From positions 693-64,692 of the forward strand of contig DASPHZ010000079.1 of assembly GCA_035629395.1 (NCBI GenBank): DNA of 64,000 nucleotides, read 5' to 3'. A program made the translations under genes and the position numbers. Below the pieces are notes generated by a model. It saw only the letters and a program-made list of their open reading frames with translations. It ran no database searches and had not been told where the DNA came from. Positions 48,864-57,974 of this stretch are shown here, piece by piece. Within the stretch, counting starts at the first letter, position 1; every line of letters starts with the position of its first letter. The stretch comes from Thermoanaerobaculia bacterium (GTDB taxonomy: Bacteria; Acidobacteriota; Thermoanaerobaculia; Gp7-AA8).

Positions 48864-49575
48864 GGTGCTGCACGATCTCCGCGTTCACCGCGGCCGCGTG
48901 CGAGATCGGTCCCATGTGCCCGACGCCTTCGAAGATTTTGAGACGCGCGTCCGGCAGCGCCTGCGCGAGTTTCTGCGCGACGCGGCGCGAAGCGAGCGGC
49001 GTGAGCTCGCCGCTCATCACGAGCGTCGGCGCGGTGATGGTGCCGTAGGTCTCGCGCGAAGTGCGGTCGGCGCCGAGGGACATCACTTCCTGGAAGAGCT
49101 TCCAGCCTACGGCGCGGAACGCGTTGCGCGTCTCCTCGTTGAGGCGATCCCACGCGCCGCGGCCGTTCCACCACTCGACGAAGGCTGCCAGCCACGGATC
49201 GCCGCTCCATTCGCGGCTGACGTTGTCCAATGTCGCACGCGCGTCCGCGTCTTCGACGTCGTCGAGCGCCCCGAATGCGACCGGCTCGTACGCGGCGATC
49301 GAGCGCACGCGCTCCGGGTGGCGCAGCGCGAGTTGCAGCGCGAGGAAGCCGCCGTACGAATGTCCGACGAGATGCACCGGCTCGGCGAGCAGCGTCTCGA
49401 GATAGTCGAGATCCTGGCGGAAGTGAAACGGCTCGCCGTCCGGCCACGGGGTGCCGTATCCGAGCAGGTCCGGCGCGATCACGTGAAAGCCGGGCGAGAG
49501 CATCTCCGCGAGCTTGCGCCACTGCCGCGAAGTGAACCCGCCGCTGTGAATCAGAACAGCCGTCTGCCTGGTCAT
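48817..49575 (-). CDS. alpha/beta-fold hydrolase
   Basis: Nucleophile elbow GHSYGG and a C-terminal GHMGP His motif. It overlaps the convergent DUF3224 gene by 47 nt. Confidence 0.8.
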   Translation of the reverse strand: MTRQTAVLIHSGGFTSRQWRKLAEMLSPGFHVIAPDLLGYGTPWPDGEPFHFRQDLDYLETLLAEPVHLVGHSYGGFLALQLALRHPERVRSIAAYEPVAFGALDDVEDADARATLDNVSREWSGDPWLAAFVEWWNGRGAWDRLNEETRNAFRAVGWKLFQEVMSLGADRTSRETYGTITAPTLVMSGELTPLASRRVAQKLAQALPDARLKIFEGVGHMGPISHAAAVNAEIVQHLTEVSTRTSRSASPL

Positions 49576-49597
49576 CCCAAGATGCTAACCTCGACTC

Positions 49598-49789
49598 ATG
49601 GATCGCGAGCTCAATAAAAGCCTCATCATCGGTATCGCCCTCGCCGGCATCGCGCTCGAGCTCACCGCCATCGTGCTCCTCGCCTCGAAGCGCATCACCA
49701 TGCCCGTGGCCACGCCGCTGATCATCACCGGCATGTTCCTGGCGTTCGTGCCGGTCTTCGTCGTGGCGCGGCGCGCGCGGCGGAAGTAG
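49598..49789 (+). CDS. small two-TM membrane protein
   Basis: 63 aa with two hydrophobic helices, a basic tail RRARRK, and strong GC3 bias. Confidence 0.5.
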   Translation: MDRELNKSLIIGIALAGIALELTAIVLLASKRITMPVATPLIITGMFLAFVPVFVVARRARRK

Positions 49790-50028
49790 CTGCGCGGCGA
49801 TCAGCCGGATGGTTCCGCCGCAGCGTCCGGCGAAGAATGCCGGCGCGTGACCCCGCGCAGTCTGGCGCAGACTTCCGCCCGCGGCAGCGGCGCCGGGAAA
49901 TTGCCGGCGATCCACATCGGAAGAAGTGGTACAGGGCCGCGCGCAAGGTGCGCACCCAGTGCACACCTGTATGGCCACGCGGTGCTCAGCGCATGACCGC
50001 AAACTACTGAAAATAAAAGTCGATTCCG

Positions 50029-50044
50029 TGGCACCTCCGGTGCT
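50029..50044 (+). promoter_or_regulatory. sigma-54 (-24/-12) promoter TGGCAC-CTCCG-GTGCT
   Basis: Perfect -24 hexamer and exact GG-N10-GC spacing. An AT-rich tract lies immediately upstream. AAGGAGG-N4-ATG (50082) lies 38 nt downstream. Confidence 0.65.
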
Positions 50045-50081
50045 CTGCAGCGGCTGCGCTGTACGACGAAAAGGAGGAATC

Positions 50082-51743
50082 ATGAAACGACTTTTAGCGG
50101 CCCTGTTCCTGTGTGGTGCGGCGAGCGCCGTCGCGATGCCGACCCCCGTCTCCGACCTGCCGGTGTCGTGTACGTTCAACAGCGGTTCGGCGTGCTCCAA
50201 GACTTACGACTCGACGAGCGGCGTCTGCCGGACCGTGCGCTTCGCGACGAGCGCGGGCGAGATCCAACTGCTCGTCTGCGACAAGACCGATCATTACGAG
50301 TTGTACCGCCAGTCCTATCCCGCGAATATCACGTTCAAAGCCTGTGCTGGTGGCGGATCGGTCGATCAGCTCGCAGGTTTTTCGAGCTTCACCAGCACGA
50401 CGCTCGGCAGCGGCTGCGGTGCGCCTCTGCCACCAGGAGACGACGATGCGACGGCGCTCGTGAATCCGAGCTCCACCGGTTTTGCGAATGAAACCCGCGC
50501 CGCCAATCACGCGCGTCTGCTCGACGTGTGGTGGAACAACGGCAACGTCATCCAGCACTTCGCGTGCAGCTACGGCACGTGTGCCTGGGTGCCGTGGTAT
50601 TCGGTCAGTCACTCGTGCAATCTCGGGGAATTGAAGCCATTGTCCGACTGCGGCGGCAGCGGCAGTGCGACGCTGCAGGACAACTGCATGGTCACCGACG
50701 AGTTCTCCCAGGTGTTCCTGGCCACTGCACAAGGCACGAACGCCTCACGAGTGCAGGAACTCTTCAATACCCTGCGCCTCCTCGCCAGCGGCAACAATGG
50801 CGGACTGTTCGAAACGCTTCCGGCCTGGCGGGCACGCCGTACGAACACGACGGTCAGCGTCGCTTCGTCGGGCGCCAATCGCGATTCGGCCAGTGACGCC
50901 GACGCACGCATTCTTCTCGCGTTGTCCATCGCCGCCGCCTCGCCGTATTTTCCGGAGACGGAGCGCACCGCCTATCGCAACTACGCGAATGCAATGGCGG
51001 CCGATTTCCTGCAGCACGATTTCCGCCGCGAGTGCCGCACGGGCCGCAACGGCGTACAGATCTGCGACTGGCTCGCGTCCGGCGGCAATGCGGCCAATGG
51101 CCAGCTCGATTACGATTTCTTCACCTACGCGGGCTATTTCGGCGACGCGACCATCGCGCTGCTCGCCGCGTACAAGGCGCTCGGCCAGTCCTCGTATCTC
51201 GACGCCGCGCGCGACACGGTGAACGCGTATCTCCTCGCCTCCGACTTTACGACGAGCTTCCGCGTGCCGGCGAAATCGTTCCGCTGGGATACGTCCGTTT
51301 CGCCGCCGCGTTCCGCGTGCAGTCCGGGAAGCTGCACCGGCGCCTGGGACGATTCCGATGCCCCGCGTGCCACGAGCATCTGCAAAGCAACCTATTACGC
51401 ATCGCTCCTGGGCGTCTCACTGCCGGGCGATCTCGATGCGTATTGCACGGCATGGCGCAACCGCGGCGGACTCACGTCCAATACGTACAAGATGCAATAC
51501 GCATTCGACGGCACACCGCAGGGGACGTTCCAGGACGGGCCGTATGAGAACGGGCTCGCGGCTTCGCTCGATTTTGCATACGCGGCCGGCGACCTCGGCA
51601 CGCGTCTCGACCGCGTCGGCACGAAGTGGGATGCGGCCAACAATCGCTGGTACGGGCAGACCTGCGTCGGCGTTTATCGGAATGCGTTCTTCACGACGAA
51701 CCTCGGCAGTGCCATCGGGCGCGACCTGAACGTCTGGAAATAG
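50082..51743 (+). CDS. secreted Cys-rich protein with glycoside-hydrolase family 8-like signature
   Basis: Signal peptide MKRLLAALFLCGAASAVA. ASDADARILLAL approximates the GH8 PROSITE pattern A-[ST]-D-[AG]-D-x2-[IM]. The family call is tentative. Confidence 0.7.
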   Translation: MKRLLAALFLCGAASAVAMPTPVSDLPVSCTFNSGSACSKTYDSTSGVCRTVRFATSAGEIQLLVCDKTDHYELYRQSYPANITFKACAGGGSVDQLAGFSSFTSTTLGSGCGAPLPPGDDDATALVNPSSTGFANETRAANHARLLDVWWNNGNVIQHFACSYGTCAWVPWYSVSHSCNLGELKPLSDCGGSGSATLQDNCMVTDEFSQVFLATAQGTNASRVQELFNTLRLLASGNNGGLFETLPAWRARRTNTTVSVASSGANRDSASDADARILLALSIAAASPYFPETERTAYRNYANAMAADFLQHDFRRECRTGRNGVQICDWLASGGNAANGQLDYDFFTYAGYFGDATIALLAAYKALGQSSYLDAARDTVNAYLLASDFTTSFRVPAKSFRWDTSVSPPRSACSPGSCTGAWDDSDAPRATSICKATYYASLLGVSLPGDLDAYCTAWRNRGGLTSNTYKMQYAFDGTPQGTFQDGPYENGLAASLDFAYAAGDLGTRLDRVGTKWDAANNRWYGQTCVGVYRNAFFTTNLGSAIGRDLNVWK

Positions 51744-51764
51744 GAGCCGTTTCCGGAGGCCGGT

Positions 51765-54461
51765 ATGATTCCGTGCCTCCGGATGTCCAGCGCCAAAACA
51801 CCGCCGATCGGGCCACTCGATCCGATGGACGCAACGCCGCTGCCGTTGCGCCCGGGGGATCTCCTCGCGCAACGCTACGAGATCCTCCGGCTCCTCGGCA
51901 GCGGCGGGTCGGCGTATGTCTACGCGGCACACGATCACCGCATCGGAATCGACATCGCGCTCAAGCTGCTGCGCGGCGGCAACCGATCGGAGATCGACGT
52001 GGAGCGGACGCGACGCGAGGCGGAATTCTCGCTCGCGTCCGCGAGTCCGCATCTCGTGCGAACCTTCGACCTCGTCGAGACCGAGGGCCACGTGTTCCTG
52101 ACGATGGAGCTCGTGGGAGGAGGCTCGCTTCGCGATCGTCTGCGTCGCGGTCCACTGTCGGTCGAGGAAGTCATTCGGCTCGCGGGAGAGATCCTCGAAG
52201 GTCTCGTCGCTCTCCACGCACACGACATCGTGCACCGCGACCTGAAGCCGGGAAACCTCCTTCTGACGGAAGACGGGCATGTGAAGTTGTCGGACTTTGG
52301 CATTGCGCGCCGGTGGACTGACGACACGCGCATCACGGTCACGGGCCTGCCGGTCGGTACCGTCGATTATCTGTCGCCCGAACAGGCCGCCGGCGCGGAC
52401 GTCGATCCGCGGGCGGATCTCTATTCACTGGGGATCGTGCTGTTCGAGATGCTGACGGGCCGCGTTCCGTTCGAAGCGTCGAGCGCCGTCGGCGCGATCG
52501 TCATGCGGTTGAATCGCGCAGCCGCGGATGTCCGCGCGCTGCGAGGCGACACACCGCGATGGCTGGCGCGTTTCGTGGCGCGTCTGCTCGAACGAAATCG
52601 TGAAGAACGCCATCCCTCGGCGGCGACGGCTCTGGATCACCTTCACAGAAAACGCGGCCGGATGCGGTGGCGTCCCCTGACTGTCGCGATCGTTCTCGCG
52701 CTGTTCCTTGCGTTATCGGCATTCGGTTTCTGGTGGCGGAGACCCTCGGGCGGAATCGACATGGTGATGAACGGCGACTGGGGCATTCGCGCCGTCGATG
52801 CGAACGGCGATACGTTGTGGACCCGCCCGGACAGTCGCACGCCCGCGGTGACCATGGTCCGCCGCGGCGCAATTCCGGAGATCGCGGCGGTTCTCGCGCC
52901 GTCACCCAGCCTTTCCACGGCACCGCGTTTTGCGCGTACGCTGTCGTTTCTCGACGTTCGGACGGGGCGTGTACTGCGGACGCGGAATCTCCCCTGGCCG
53001 GCGCATACATTTCCCGAGCATTCGGAGTTTTTCGGGATTGCGCAGGTAGTCGCACACGATCTCAATCACGATGGCTACGACGAAGTCATCGTCAGCTACG
53101 TGCACAATTACTTTCCGTCTTACACCGTCCTGTACGACCTGCGGCGCGATGAAGCGCGCCTGCTGTTCATCGCCTCCGGTCATCACCGCGTGGAGGGTGC
53201 GGCGGATCTCGACGGCGATCGCGTGGACGAACTGGTTCTGTCAGGCACCGCCAACAAGCAAGGCTGGTATGTCGGCATCGCCGCCATTCGCATTCCGTTT
53301 CCTGCGGAAGATTTGCCGTACAGCACGACGGCATTCACGCCGGACCGGTTCGAAGTACCGCGAATGCGCGCTCTTCTCTGGTATGCGCTCTGTCCCCCGG
53401 GCGGCCTTCGCCATCGCGGAGTGATTGTGGATTCCGGGAGACGGATCATCCGCGTCGAATACATGCATCGACCTCCGGTCGAGCTGACGTTCGACGGGTT
53501 TCCATCCGGCCCATGGACGCCCGGCACGGGGACGTCCGCACAACGACAGGCTGCACGGGATCGCGCCTACGAACATCTGCGCGACGCACAGCGCTTCACC
53601 ACGAGCGGACAGGGCGATGCTGCCGTGGAGCGGGCCGAAGCCGCGCGTTCCCTCGCGGAAGATGCAGGAGATCCGACACTCGCGGAATGGAGCGCCCGCG
53701 TAAAAGGTGTCGCGCTCGTCCATGCGCGTCGCTTCGACGATGCGTCCCGGCTGTTCACGCACCTCGCCGAAGGTTCGGAAGCCGCCGCCGATATCGCATG
53801 GGATGCGGGGAACGCATTGCATCTTGCCGGCAACCTGCCGGCCGCGGTGCAGTGGTATCGACGCAGCGTCGGGCGGGAGGGCTTGCCGGGTGTCGGGCGG
53901 CTGAAGTACGAGGCGCTGCAGGGACTGGTACTTGCCCTCGGCGAGATGGACCGATGGGACGACGCGGCGAAAGAAATCGACCGGTGGGCGGCCAGTTTTC
54001 CAAACGAGTCGACCGTTGCGGCGTCCTGGTTTCGTCACTTTCTCGCATGGCGCACGGGTCGCGTGGCATTCGCTCGCTACGATCCGGACGAGCCGATCGA
54101 CTGGTACCGATACTGGGCGCTGGAGATCCGGCTCGCGCTGAATGCCGAGCCGCTCGAGACGCTGCGGGCGATCGACGCCGATCGGGCACGCGCATCGGAG
54201 ACGCGGCGGGTGCTGCTGCTCGCGCGTGCCGAGGCACTGCGGCGAAGCGGACGGTTGGACGAGGCGCTGCAGGTCGCGCGCGAGGCCTATCTCGCATTGC
54301 GGGCCCGCCGGCTCGAATCGGCGCTCGATCGCGGCCACTTCGATCTCGCCGCGGAACGGCTCGCGAAAATCGCCGAGCTGACAGGCCTGCATGCGGAGGC
54401 TGCGCGCGTTCGTGCCGAGGCGGCGGCGTTGCGCTGGCACCCGACTGGAATCCCCCGCTGA
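51765..54461 (+). CDS. Hanks-type Ser/Thr protein kinase with TM helix, FG-GAP-like segment and TPR-like C-terminus
   Basis: GSGGSAYVY, HRDLKPGN, DFGIAR, SPEQ. TM helix VAIVLALFLALSAFGFWW. DLNHDGYDE and DLDGDRVDE motifs. Confidence 0.9.
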   Translation: MIPCLRMSSAKTPPIGPLDPMDATPLPLRPGDLLAQRYEILRLLGSGGSAYVYAAHDHRIGIDIALKLLRGGNRSEIDVERTRREAEFSLASASPHLVRTFDLVETEGHVFLTMELVGGGSLRDRLRRGPLSVEEVIRLAGEILEGLVALHAHDIVHRDLKPGNLLLTEDGHVKLSDFGIARRWTDDTRITVTGLPVGTVDYLSPEQAAGADVDPRADLYSLGIVLFEMLTGRVPFEASSAVGAIVMRLNRAAADVRALRGDTPRWLARFVARLLERNREERHPSAATALDHLHRKRGRMRWRPLTVAIVLALFLALSAFGFWWRRPSGGIDMVMNGDWGIRAVDANGDTLWTRPDSRTPAVTMVRRGAIPEIAAVLAPSPSLSTAPRFARTLSFLDVRTGRVLRTRNLPWPAHTFPEHSEFFGIAQVVAHDLNHDGYDEVIVSYVHNYFPSYTVLYDLRRDEARLLFIASGHHRVEGAADLDGDRVDELVLSGTANKQGWYVGIAAIRIPFPAEDLPYSTTAFTPDRFEVPRMRALLWYALCPPGGLRHRGVIVDSGRRIIRVEYMHRPPVELTFDGFPSGPWTPGTGTSAQRQAARDRAYEHLRDAQRFTTSGQGDAAVERAEAARSLAEDAGDPTLAEWSARVKGVALVHARRFDDASRLFTHLAEGSEAAADIAWDAGNALHLAGNLPAAVQWYRRSVGREGLPGVGRLKYEALQGLVLALGEMDRWDDAAKEIDRWAASFPNESTVAASWFRHFLAWRTGRVAFARYDPDEPIDWYRYWALEIRLALNAEPLETLRAIDADRARASETRRVLLLARAEALRRSGRLDEALQVAREAYLALRARRLESALDRGHFDLAAERLAKIAELTGLHAEAARVRAEAAALRWHPTGIPR

Positions 54462-54463
54462 CC

Positions 54464-55762
54464 ATGCTCAGCCTGGTCTTTCACGATGCGAGAACGCGAA
54501 CGCGTCATTCGCGCGCCGTCCCCGACGGCGAGGCGCACATCGGACGCGCGGAAGACAACGAGATTCCGCTGCCGTTCGACGAGAATCTCTCGCGCCGGCA
54601 TGCGCGTGTGACGAGGATCGGTCGCGCTGTTCGCATCGAAGACCTGCAATCGACGAACGGCATCCTCGTCGGCAGTGCGCGCGTGCCGTCCGTCGTCCTG
54701 CATCCCGGCGATGCGCCGGTGCAGATCGGCTCCACGTTCGTCACCATCGAAGAAGCGGATACGGGCGACCTCCTGCCCGCGTTTCCGGTGGAGCGCGCGG
54801 GAAATCCGGAACGTGCGAAAGCGACGCTGCCGGTCGACGACGATCGCTGCACGCTCGCCGGGCGGGGACTGCAGCGCGTGGTGCGCAAATCGGTGCAGAT
54901 GCAGCGCGTGGTCATGCAGGCGCTCGCATTCGCACGCCTCGCGCGTCCCGTGCTGCTCCTCGGCGAGACCGGCACGGGAAAGGAAGTCATCGCGCGGCTG
55001 ATTCACGACAACGGACCGAATCCGGGTGGGCCGTTCGTGGCGGTGAATTGCGCGACCATGACACGGGAACTGATCCATTCGGAGCTGTTCGGGATCGAGG
55101 ACGGCGTTGCCACGGGTGTGCGTGCGCGGCGCGGCTTCTTTGCGGAAGCCGAAGGGGGAACGCTGTTTCTCGATGAAATCGGCGACATCGACATCGAGAT
55201 GCAGGCCACGCTGCTGCGCGCGCTCGAGGAGCATGCGATTCGCGCGGCAGGGATGCGCCGGTCACGCACGGTGCGTCTTCGGGTGATCCTCGCGACGAAT
55301 CGCCGCGATCGCATTCGCGCCGATCTGTACTTCCGCTGCAAGCGGATCGACATTCCGCCCCTGCGCGAGCGGCCGGAGGATATTGCGAATCTGGCGCGCC
55401 ATTTCCTCGACGCGATCTGCCGCGAACAGAAAGTCCTGCCGGTGGTGATCAGCCAGAGCGCGGTCGCGCTGCTCGCGGCGCATCCGTGGCCCGGCAATGC
55501 GCGCGAATTGAACGGCGTCCTCGAAGACGCGGTCGTGCTGTTCGGACATGGAGGGATGCTGCACGCGGAGCACATTGCGAACGTCCTCGGTGACGCCGCA
55601 TTGCTGTCGCCGTCGTCGCTGGTCGATCGTCATGCGGCGCTCACGCGCGCCGCGGTCGCGGGCGCGTTGCGTGAGCACGACGGGAATCAAAGTGCCGCCG
55701 CGCGGGCACTGGGGATGTCGCGCAGCGGGATCCGCAAAGCGATGCGCCGATTTCAGCTCTGA
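54464..55762 (+). CDS. FHA-domain, sigma-54-interaction (AAA+) domain, Fis-HTH transcriptional activator
   Basis: FHA: GRAEDNEIPL...SRRHARV...STNGILV. Walker A GETGTGKE, Walker B LFLDEIG, PLRERPEDI, GNARELN. C-terminal HTH NQSAAARALGMSRSGIRKAM. The ATG lies 2 nt after the kinase stop. Confidence 0.9.
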   Translation: MLSLVFHDARTRTRHSRAVPDGEAHIGRAEDNEIPLPFDENLSRRHARVTRIGRAVRIEDLQSTNGILVGSARVPSVVLHPGDAPVQIGSTFVTIEEADTGDLLPAFPVERAGNPERAKATLPVDDDRCTLAGRGLQRVVRKSVQMQRVVMQALAFARLARPVLLLGETGTGKEVIARLIHDNGPNPGGPFVAVNCATMTRELIHSELFGIEDGVATGVRARRGFFAEAEGGTLFLDEIGDIDIEMQATLLRALEEHAIRAAGMRRSRTVRLRVILATNRRDRIRADLYFRCKRIDIPPLRERPEDIANLARHFLDAICREQKVLPVVISQSAVALLAAHPWPGNARELNGVLEDAVVLFGHGGMLHAEHIANVLGDAALLSPSSLVDRHAALTRAAVAGALREHDGNQSAAARALGMSRSGIRKAMRRFQL

Positions 55763-55766
55763 TCCG

Positions 55767-56492
55767 CTATTTCTTCTGCGCTGCCGCGATGCGCTCGCGC
55801 TGCTTTGCCGCCATTTCGACGAGCCGGCGCAATTCTTCGACCGGCTTCGGATGGTCGTCCACCTGCAGGCGCACCACCGTGTCGTTGTGCAGCCACACAC
55901 CACCGTTTTTCTTCACGATGAGCATGGCCGCGGATTGCATCCCGCGCGTGTCGCCGCCGGCTTTCTGTCCCGCTTCGAGTGCGGCCATCAGGCGCAGGGA
56001 GAGGTGGCCCTCCGTCGACTCGAACGCTTTCACCATGTCGTTGACGACCGCTTCGCCCGCGAGGATGTTGCCCTGCGCGGTGCAGTACACGCCGCCTTTG
56101 TGGCCCGCCCACGCGGACGCTTTCGGTCCGGTGAACGCGGCGTAGTTGCCCTTCGCATCCATGATCGCGAACTGGCGCCCGTGCTTCGTCCAGTCGTCCG
56201 GACGCGGATCGGGGTCGCTCTCCCAGATCGCCTTCACCGCGGCGGCAGGCGTGAGGCCAGCGCGCAGCAGGTCGAGTCCCTGCTGGCCGTAACTCACATC
56301 GACGATGGCCTGCGTGGCGACGACGCCCACCTCCGCCTCCGCCCACAGCACGCCATTGCCGACGGCGAACACGCGCGACTGCACCGCGCCACCGACTTCG
56401 CCGGTCTTCGGGTCGTAGCCGAGGATGGAGAAGGTGGCGACCTGGGCGAGGGCGGGGGTGGTGAGCAGCAGCAGCACGAGCAGTTTGCGCAT
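55767..56492 (-). CDS. DUF1028 (Ntn-hydrolase fold) family protein, secreted
   Basis: The signal peptide is followed by TFSILGYDPKTGEVGGAVQS, the hallmark DUF1028 N-terminus. Confidence 0.75.
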   Translation of the reverse strand: MRKLLVLLLLTTPALAQVATFSILGYDPKTGEVGGAVQSRVFAVGNGVLWAEAEVGVVATQAIVDVSYGQQGLDLLRAGLTPAAAVKAIWESDPDPRPDDWTKHGRQFAIMDAKGNYAAFTGPKASAWAGHKGGVYCTAQGNILAGEAVVNDMVKAFESTEGHLSLRLMAALEAGQKAGGDTRGMQSAAMLIVKKNGGVWLHNDTVVRLQVDDHPKPVEELRRLVEMAAKQRERIAAAQKK

Positions 56493-56509
56493 GCCGCGGA
56501 GTGTAACGG

Positions 56510-57187
56510 TCATTCGACGCGGCCCGCGCGGCCGATGACGACGCCGAGAATCACGAACGTCGGATCGTCGGGTGCGACCTCGATGGCGCGATAGCGTGGA
56601 TTCGCGCTGAGGAGGAAGTGCCGGCGCCGTTCCGACGTCAATCGTTTCACGAAGACGTCGTCGCCGATCCGGCAGGCGATGATCTTCCCGAGCGCCGATT
56701 GCGCCGCGCTGCGCGGGCGCGTGCTCGCGTAAAGCGTGTCGCCCGCCAGAATGCCGGCGTCGCGCATCGAGTCTCCGAGGGCGCGCAGAACGAGACTCGC
56801 ATCGGCGAACCGCTTCTGCGGCGGCGGAAACAAGGCGTCGGCGATCCGCACGACAGGCTCGGCGAGCTCCGACGCGGGGACGATCTCGGCATTCGGGTGC
56901 TCGCGTGCGTCGATGGTGGCGAGCTTCCCGTCGATCCACTCACGGAAGACGGTCAACGCCGTCTCGTCCGCGCGCGAGATCTGGATCGACTCGCCGGCGA
57001 GTACGCCGACCGTCGTGCCGGTCGCTTGGGCGATCTTCACCAGCAACTGGTACGTCGGGTTCACGTTTTCGCCAGTGACGATGTTGCTGACGTTCTTCCG
57101 CGACGTCTCGACCTCACGAGCGACCTGAGCGGCAGTCTTGCCGCTGGCCTTGATCGCCGCCTTGACGCGTTGCGCGAGCGTCATCAT
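56510..57187 (-). CDS. XRE-HTH / S24 LexA-CI-like repressor
   Basis: N-terminal HTH KTAAQVAREVETSRKNVSNIVTG. C-terminal S24 domain with GDSM (Ser) and VKRL (Lys). Confidence 0.8.
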   Translation of the reverse strand: MMTLAQRVKAAIKASGKTAAQVAREVETSRKNVSNIVTGENVNPTYQLLVKIAQATGTTVGVLAGESIQISRADETALTVFREWIDGKLATIDAREHPNAEIVPASELAEPVVRIADALFPPPQKRFADASLVLRALGDSMRDAGILAGDTLYASTRPRSAAQSALGKIIACRIGDDVFVKRLTSERRRHFLLSANPRYRAIEVAPDDPTFVILGVVIGRAGRVE

Positions 57188-57209
57188 CGGGCGGTATCAT
57201 GACTCGCAT

Positions 57210-57237
57210 AAGTTACTTAATCGAAGAAAGTAACGTT
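57210..57237. promoter_or_regulatory. inverted repeat AAGTTACTT / AAGTAACGTT in the most AT-rich stretch of the window
   Basis: Lies in the divergent region between the S24 repressor (-) and the phd/vapC pair (+). It is a candidate operator for the repressor or the antitoxin. Confidence 0.45.
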
Positions 57238-57278
57238 AACTTCAATACCCAGTCGGAAAGTGATGTAAACATCAACGC

Positions 57279-57518
57279 ATGGACACCTTCAGCATTGAGG
57301 AAGCGCGGACCCAGCTCGCCGAGCTGGTCGACCGTGCGGCGCGCGGCGAGGCTTTCGTGATCTCGAAGGACGGGAAGCCGCTCGTAAAGGTGTCTGCCGT
57401 CGATGCGCCCCCGAAACCGCGACGTCTCGGCTTCCTTGCAGGGGAGATCGAAGTGCCCGATGATTTCGATCGCATGGGTGAGCGCGAGATCGCCGCCCTG
57501 TTCGGAATCGGCGATTGA
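57279..57518 (+). CDS. type II antitoxin, Phd/YefM family
   Basis: FSIEEARTQLAELVDRAARGEAFVISKDGKPL. The stop overlaps the toxin start. Confidence 0.85.
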   Translation: MDTFSIEEARTQLAELVDRAARGEAFVISKDGKPLVKVSAVDAPPKPRRLGFLAGEIEVPDDFDRMGEREIAALFGIGD

Positions 57519-57901
57519 AACTGCTGCTCGACACGCACCTCCTCCTCTGGGCCGCCGGGCAGCCGGCGCGCCTGTCCGCGGAGGCGAAGAAGCTCCTCGA
57601 GGACTCCGCGAACGAACTGCTCTTCAGCGCCGCGAGTCTCTGGGAGATCACCATCAAGGCGTCTCTCGACCGCGATGACTTTCGCGTCGATGCGCGCGCC
57701 CTCCGCGGCGCGCTTCTGGAGCACGGCTTCGTCGAGCTCCCGGTGACGAGCGAGCACGCCCTCCATGTCGGCAGCCTCCCGCCGCTGCACAAAGACCCGT
57801 TCGATCGCCTTCTGCTCGCGCAAGCCATCGCCGAGGGCGTCACGCTGCTGACGACGGATACCGTCCTGGCGCGCTACGGGGAGCCGGTGCGGCAGATATA
57901 A
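57515..57901 (+). CDS. vapC: type II toxin, PIN-domain VapC family
   Basis: LLLDTHLLLW ... SLWEITIK ... HKDPFDRLL ... TTD acidic PIN residues. Confidence 0.85.
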   Translation: MKLLLDTHLLLWAAGQPARLSAEAKKLLEDSANELLFSAASLWEITIKASLDRDDFRVDARALRGALLEHGFVELPVTSEHALHVGSLPPLHKDPFDRLLLAQAIAEGVTLLTTDTVLARYGEPVRQI

Positions 57902-57974
57902 CGCGCCGCATTTCAGTGGGTCCTCCTATAAGGAATTCGGCATCTGCGACACTCCTGAATGGAGGTCCAGCCGA

